From: Octopus vulgaris
Lineage: Eukaryota
DNA: 64,000 nt
Direction of reading: 5' to 3'
NCBI GenBank assembly: GCA_951406725.2
Contig: OX597820.1
Location: 22,444,001-22,508,000 of the forward strand
Within the stretch, counting starts at the first letter, position 1. Every line of letters starts with the position of its first letter. The position numbers and the translations under genes are program-made. The notes under the pieces were generated by a model. That model worked only from the letters and a program-made list of their open reading frames with translations. It had not been told where the DNA came from and did no database searches. Positions 58,646 to 64,000 of the stretch are shown here, piece by piece.

Positions 58646-61600
58646 ATGATTATCATCATTATTGATCATCATTGTAGTGCTACATCCACTTCCCATGCTA
58701 ACATGGATCGGATGAGTTCTGGGCCAAGTTCAAGTCAGTTATTATTCAGAGTTACTGCCTTCCTAACCAGATCAGAACACCACATATTGCTTGTGCATTT
58801 CCTTTTGGCTTGTTTTCTACAGGTTTGATGCCTTTCTTATCACCAACCACTTTTACATAATATACTGGCTGATTTTATCTAGCACCAACATTTGACTGAT
58901 TACCATGTCTTTGACAAGACCACAAGGTTTTCTCAACTCTGCATCATCTTCACTCATTTGCCTACTATTTCACAGAGTGTAATTGGCTATGTTTCATCAT
59001 GACATCAGAAATTCTTACAAGGGTGTCTTGTATCCTCTAAAACAGAAGAGTCCTCATTATTCTATGATGTGTTCAAGGCAGCAAACTGGCAGAATCATTA
59101 GCACGCTGGGCAAAATGCTTAGCAGTATTTCATCTGCCACTACGTTCTGAGTTCAAATTCTGCCGGGGTCAACTTTGCCTTTCATCCTTTCGGGGTCGAT
59201 TAAATAAGTACCTATTTCTTTACTACCCACAAGGGGCTAAACATAGAGAGGACAAACAAAGACAGACAAACAGATTAAGTCGATTATATCGACCCCAGTG
59301 CATAACTTGGTACTTAATTTATCGACCCCGAAAGGATGAAAGGCAAAGTCAACCTGTTTGAATTCTAATGGTTAACGAAATATGGCTACGCATTTCGCCC
59401 GGCGTGCTAACATTTCTGCCAACTCACCACCGTTGTTTAGCCCTTACGTGGGGTTGAATAAAAAATTACCCCTCCCCCAAATTTCGGGCCTTAGCATGCC
59501 TATAGCAGAAAAGATTATTCTATGATGGGTTCAAGACAGCAAGCTGGCAGAATCATTAGTACACCAAGCAAAATGCTTAACAGTATTTCATCTGTCTTCA
59601 CGTTCTGAATTCCACTGACGTCGACTTTGCCTTTCATCCTTTCGAGGTCGATAAAGTAAGTACCAGTATTGGGGTCAATGTATTCAGCTATCCCCCATCC
59701 CCAAATGTCAGGCCTTGTGCCCATAGTGGAGAGACTTATTCACTTCATATAGATATAATTGTTTAATCCTCATAAGACCTTTATCATGCTACATCAAAAT
59801 TCTAGATTTTATATCAATGAATTGTTTCTACTTCATACATCACTTCTTCACTAGGCGCAAGACCGACTGTGTGGTATGTAGCTTGCTTACCAACAACATG
59901 GTTCCGGGTTCAGTCCCACTGGGTGGCACCTTGGGCAAGTGTCTTCTACTATAGCCTCGGGCCGACCAGAGCCTTGTGAGTGGATTTGGTAGACGGAAAC
60001 TGAAAGAAGCCCGTTGTATATATGTAAATGTATATATAAATGTGTGTGTCTGTGTTTGTCCCCCCAACATCGCTTGACAACCAATGCTGGTGTATTTACG
60101 TCCCCGTAACTTAGCGGTTCGGCAAAAGAGACCAATAGAATAAGTACTAGGCTTCCAAAGAATAAGTCCTGGGGTCGATTTGCTCGACTAAAAGGTGGTG
60201 CTCTAGCATAGCTGCAGTCAAATGACTGAAACAAGTAAAAAGGTAATTAGGGGATCCATGAAATACTAAGTGCTTTAAAGGAGATAAACCACCAATGAAA
60301 TCAAATACTGTGCCCCAGCTTCTATAATTCTTTTATCTTTTACTTGTTTCATTCATTAGACTGTGCTCATGATGGGGCCACCATCTTGAAGGGTTTTCAT
60401 TGAGCAAATCAACTCCGTGACTTATTTTTTAAAGTCTGGTACTTATTCTATCAGTCTCTTTTGCTGAACCACTAAGTTACAGGAATGTAAACACACCAAT
60501 AATAATAACAATAACATAGAAAAATACCTTAGGAATGATAACCCAGGTTCGAAATTTCCCCAAGACAACTGAAGAAGGCTGGAGGGTATATCAGCTGAAA
60601 CATGTGAAAAACAAACATGATGAGGACAAATATCCGTCGAATGTAAATAATGTACATTTTGCTAGAAAATTCAAAATTCTATGCAGTGCATGTGTATGTG
60701 TGTATGTATATATGTGTGTGTGTATATATATATATATATATGTACGTCTTGTATGTTTTTGTGTTGCCTGAAGAAACAACGAAGAATTCTTCTATTTAAG
60801 TAAAGCATTGATCAGTTGATAAACTCATCTATTTTAATCTGATATTAGATTTATTTTTTTATTTTTAATTTGTTTCATATTGTTTCTTTAACGCTTTTGT
60901 TACCACATTTCTGTTGAAATGCACTCTCATTGTTTCAATTAATTTTGGAAGTAATGAAGAATTTGGTAAAATAACTTTGTCTTTGTATAGCTGGTGTCTG
61001 GAATATAAATTAACATGAAATCTTGATGGAGAGTCTTGAGATCACTCTAACCTTTTAGCATTTAAACTGGCCATGTCTGGCCCAAATATTCCACCTGTTT
61101 TATATGCATATTGGGGAAATCTGGCCTGTCACACCTACCTTACAATGTCATTTTAAAAATAGACTATCAGATCATCAAAATCTCAAAGCTATGAGATAAT
61201 CCATGATTAATTCAAGAATTACATTCAACAGAATAATCTAAATACTAGTGGGGTTAAAATGAGATATGTCTTGTTTTAACCCCACTAGCATTTAGATTAT
61301 TCTGTGATACAAATCCCTGGTTTGTATCACAAATCCCTGGTTTGTATTACAAATCCCTGGTTTGTATTACAAATCCCTGGTTGTATTACAAATCCCTGGT
61401 TTGTAAAATGTGGTACAAATCCCTGGTTTGTATCACAGAACCAGGGACAGTCTCATGCAGATTGGTCTCAAAAAATTTTTTTTTAATTTATCATCATTTC
61501 CAAATATAGGCAACTTTTATAATTTTATTTTATTTCTTTAATTCCAAATTTTGCTCTGTATCTTTGAACAGCTGTTTCTTCCATTCCTTTTTATTTTACA

Positions 61601-64000
61601 TGGAGGAATTTTAAATCAACTTATTCCAAGGAAAATTTTTGGTTTTCCTCGACTGCTTAATCCGTCCTAATTGGAAATTAATGCAGGGGTTTTAACCACC
61701 ACCCCTTTTTTTTTTTACCAAATTTCTATTGAAATACACTGCCTTTGTTTCATTTTGTTTTGAAAGTAATGAAGAATTAATGACAAAATGACTTATGTAC
61801 AAACCAGCCAGATCTGGCCTATCACACTTATCCTGCAATGTGATTCTTAAAATAAGCAATCACATCATCAAAATCTCAAGGCTATGAGATAATGCATGAT
61901 TAATTCTAAACAATGTGAATAAATAAGCTTTACATTTGACAGAGTATTCTGGTTGCTAAAGGGTTAAACTTGCCCATTTTTCATTTTTCTTATCTAAGGA
62001 CCATTTTATGCCTCTGTCTCTTGTGATTACATCATTTGCCATTTATAATTTCCAACTTTATCATTCTAATAAATTAATTCTACCAAGAACTTAGTTTATA
62101 AATCTATTATTATGCAAGGAAGGCGCAATGGCCCAGTGGCTAGGGCAGCGGACTCACGGTCAGAGGATCGTGGTTTCGATTCCCAGACCGGGCATTGTGT
62201 GTGTTTATTGAGCAAAAATACCTGAAAGCTCCACGAGGCTCCGGCAGGGCGTGGTGGCGACCCCTGTTGTACTCTTTCGCCCCAACTTTCTCTCACTCTC
62301 TCTTCTTGTTTCTTGAGTAACGCTGTGATGGATTGACATCCCATCCAGCTGGAGGGGAACACATATGCCACAGAAACCGGAAAACTGGACCCATGAGCCT
62401 GGCTAGGCTTGAAAAGGACGCATAAATAAATAAAAAATTATGCAAGGAAATTATTACTATTAGGCGTACATTTTCTTCTAATTAACTTGCTAATCATTCC
62501 ATATATATATATATATATATATCCAATTAGGAGCATCATTTGAGCATCAGAAAAAAATGCCTTGCAGCATTTCTTCTGGTTCTTTATGTCCAGAGTTCAA
62601 ATATCAATAAAGTCAACTGAGCCTTTCCAAAATCCTTTGAAGGTTTATAAAATAACGTATCAGTCAAATACTGGGATTGATGTAACTGACATGCTCCCTT
62701 CTCTAAAATTTCAAACCCTGAGCTGGTAGTAGAAAGATTAGTAATACTGATTAAGGCGGCAAGCTGGCAGAATCATTAGCAGCATTTCATCTGTCCTTAT
62801 GTTCTGAGTTCAAATTCCACCAAGGTTGACTTTGCCTTTCATCCTTTCAAGGTTGATAAATTAAGTACTAGTGAAACACAAGTGGATGTAATCGACTAGA
62901 CTCCTTCCCCAAAATTTCAGGCCTTGTGCCTTTAGTTTCTGCTGAGACCCCCTTCGGTCATGACTGACCATAGAATTGCACCTAGAAAGTTACCATCCCA
63001 GGCACATGTCCAGGCAAGGTTGTTTATGGAAGACCAGCAGTCGCCCATGCATACCGGCCTCCCCTCTCCACACCACCAGTGTTATGCAATGGAAAGGCAA
63101 AGCCAATACAGCTTGGCACCTGTGACGTCGCAACTCATTTCTACAGCTGAGTGAACTGGAGCAACGTGAAATAAAGTGTCTTGCTCAAGGACACAACACG
63201 CAGCCCAGTCCGGGATTCGAAATCACAACCTCACGATCGTAAGCTCGACGCTCTAACCACTGAGTCATGCGCCTTCACTATGTGCCTTTAGTAGAAAGGA
63301 TTATTATTGGTTACTAAGCACATGGCTTAGTGGTTGGCATGTTGTACTAGCGATCGTGGTTTCAATTCCTAAACTGGGTGGTGTGTTGTGTTCTTGAGCA
63401 AAATATATCGTCTCACATCACTCTGTGATCACTTCAACACCTGACACATGGTACGCTGTATATATATATATATTTTTTTTTATTTCATCTAGTTTCAGCT
63501 CACGAGCTGTGGCCATGCTGGAGCACCGCCATATGATCATTATAAACAAATCATTTGTGCAGGTCATCTGGCAAAAAGCTGAATGCTTATATGAATGTTG
63601 TTGATGGCAGAGACCATCATTATTATTACTATGATAAAGGCAAGCAAGCTGGCAGAATCCTTAGCATGCTGGACGAAATGCTTAGCAGTATTTCACCTGT
63701 CACTACATTCTGAGTTCAAATTCTGCTGTAGTCGCTTTTGCCTTTCATCCTTTCAGGGTCGATTAAATAAGTACTAGTTACGCACTGGGGTCGATATAAT
63801 CGACCTAATCCGTTTGTCCTCTCTGTGTGTAGCCCCTTGTGGGCAGTAAAGAAATAAGAAATAAGTATTTCCCCCGTCACTACGTTCTGAGTTCAAGTTC
63901 CGCTGCAGTCGACTTTGCCTTTCATCCTTTCAGGGTCAATGAAATAAGTACCAGTTACGCAGTGGGGTCAGTGTAATCAACTAGCCCGCTCCACCAAATT

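Larger units (their letters stand above)
54817..62369 (+). repeat. Near-identical 3.7 kb direct duplication (54817-58545 and 58646-62369) around a 100-N gap
   Basis: Copy 1 ends exactly at the gap start and copy 2 begins exactly at the gap end. Confidence 0.95.

Noticed and set aside
58646-62369. True segmental duplication
   Set aside because: Exact abutment to a 100-N gap favours an assembly overlap

Overview
AT-rich, repeat-dense animal genomic DNA. The SINE and LINE families look like those of Octopus (coleoid cephalopod); this is inferred from recognised repeat sequence and was not checked against a database. The window holds the 3' part of one + strand gene, a class II phosphoinositide 3-kinase (PIK3C2A-like). 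I traced 29 GT-AG coding exons (5373-51705) whose phases join into one open frame of 3525 nt (1174 aa + TGA). They encode a helical-bundle region, PI3K-type C2, helical domain, kinase (MFK|[35 protein letters not shown]), PX and C-terminal C2 domains. The 5' exons lie upstream of the window. Introns carry tRNA-derived SINEs, RTE LINE pieces, a deleted mariner, Helitron and MITE remnants, microsatellites and many fold-back inverted repeats. The most notable signal is a set of unrelated type-I hammerhead-ribozyme motifs, the clear ones on the sense strand (about 10185, 36912, 43183, 43607, 56755 and its duplicate). They have the minimal or palindromic-stem-III form typical of Penelope-like elements and retrozymes; one sits beside a GIY-YIG remnant and one is fused to a tRNA-like head. 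Intron 7 also has a CpG-retaining island with a perfect AGGTCA DR5. The 3.7 kb duplication around the 100-N gap is probably an assembly artefact. Repeat boundaries are read by eye and are approximate.
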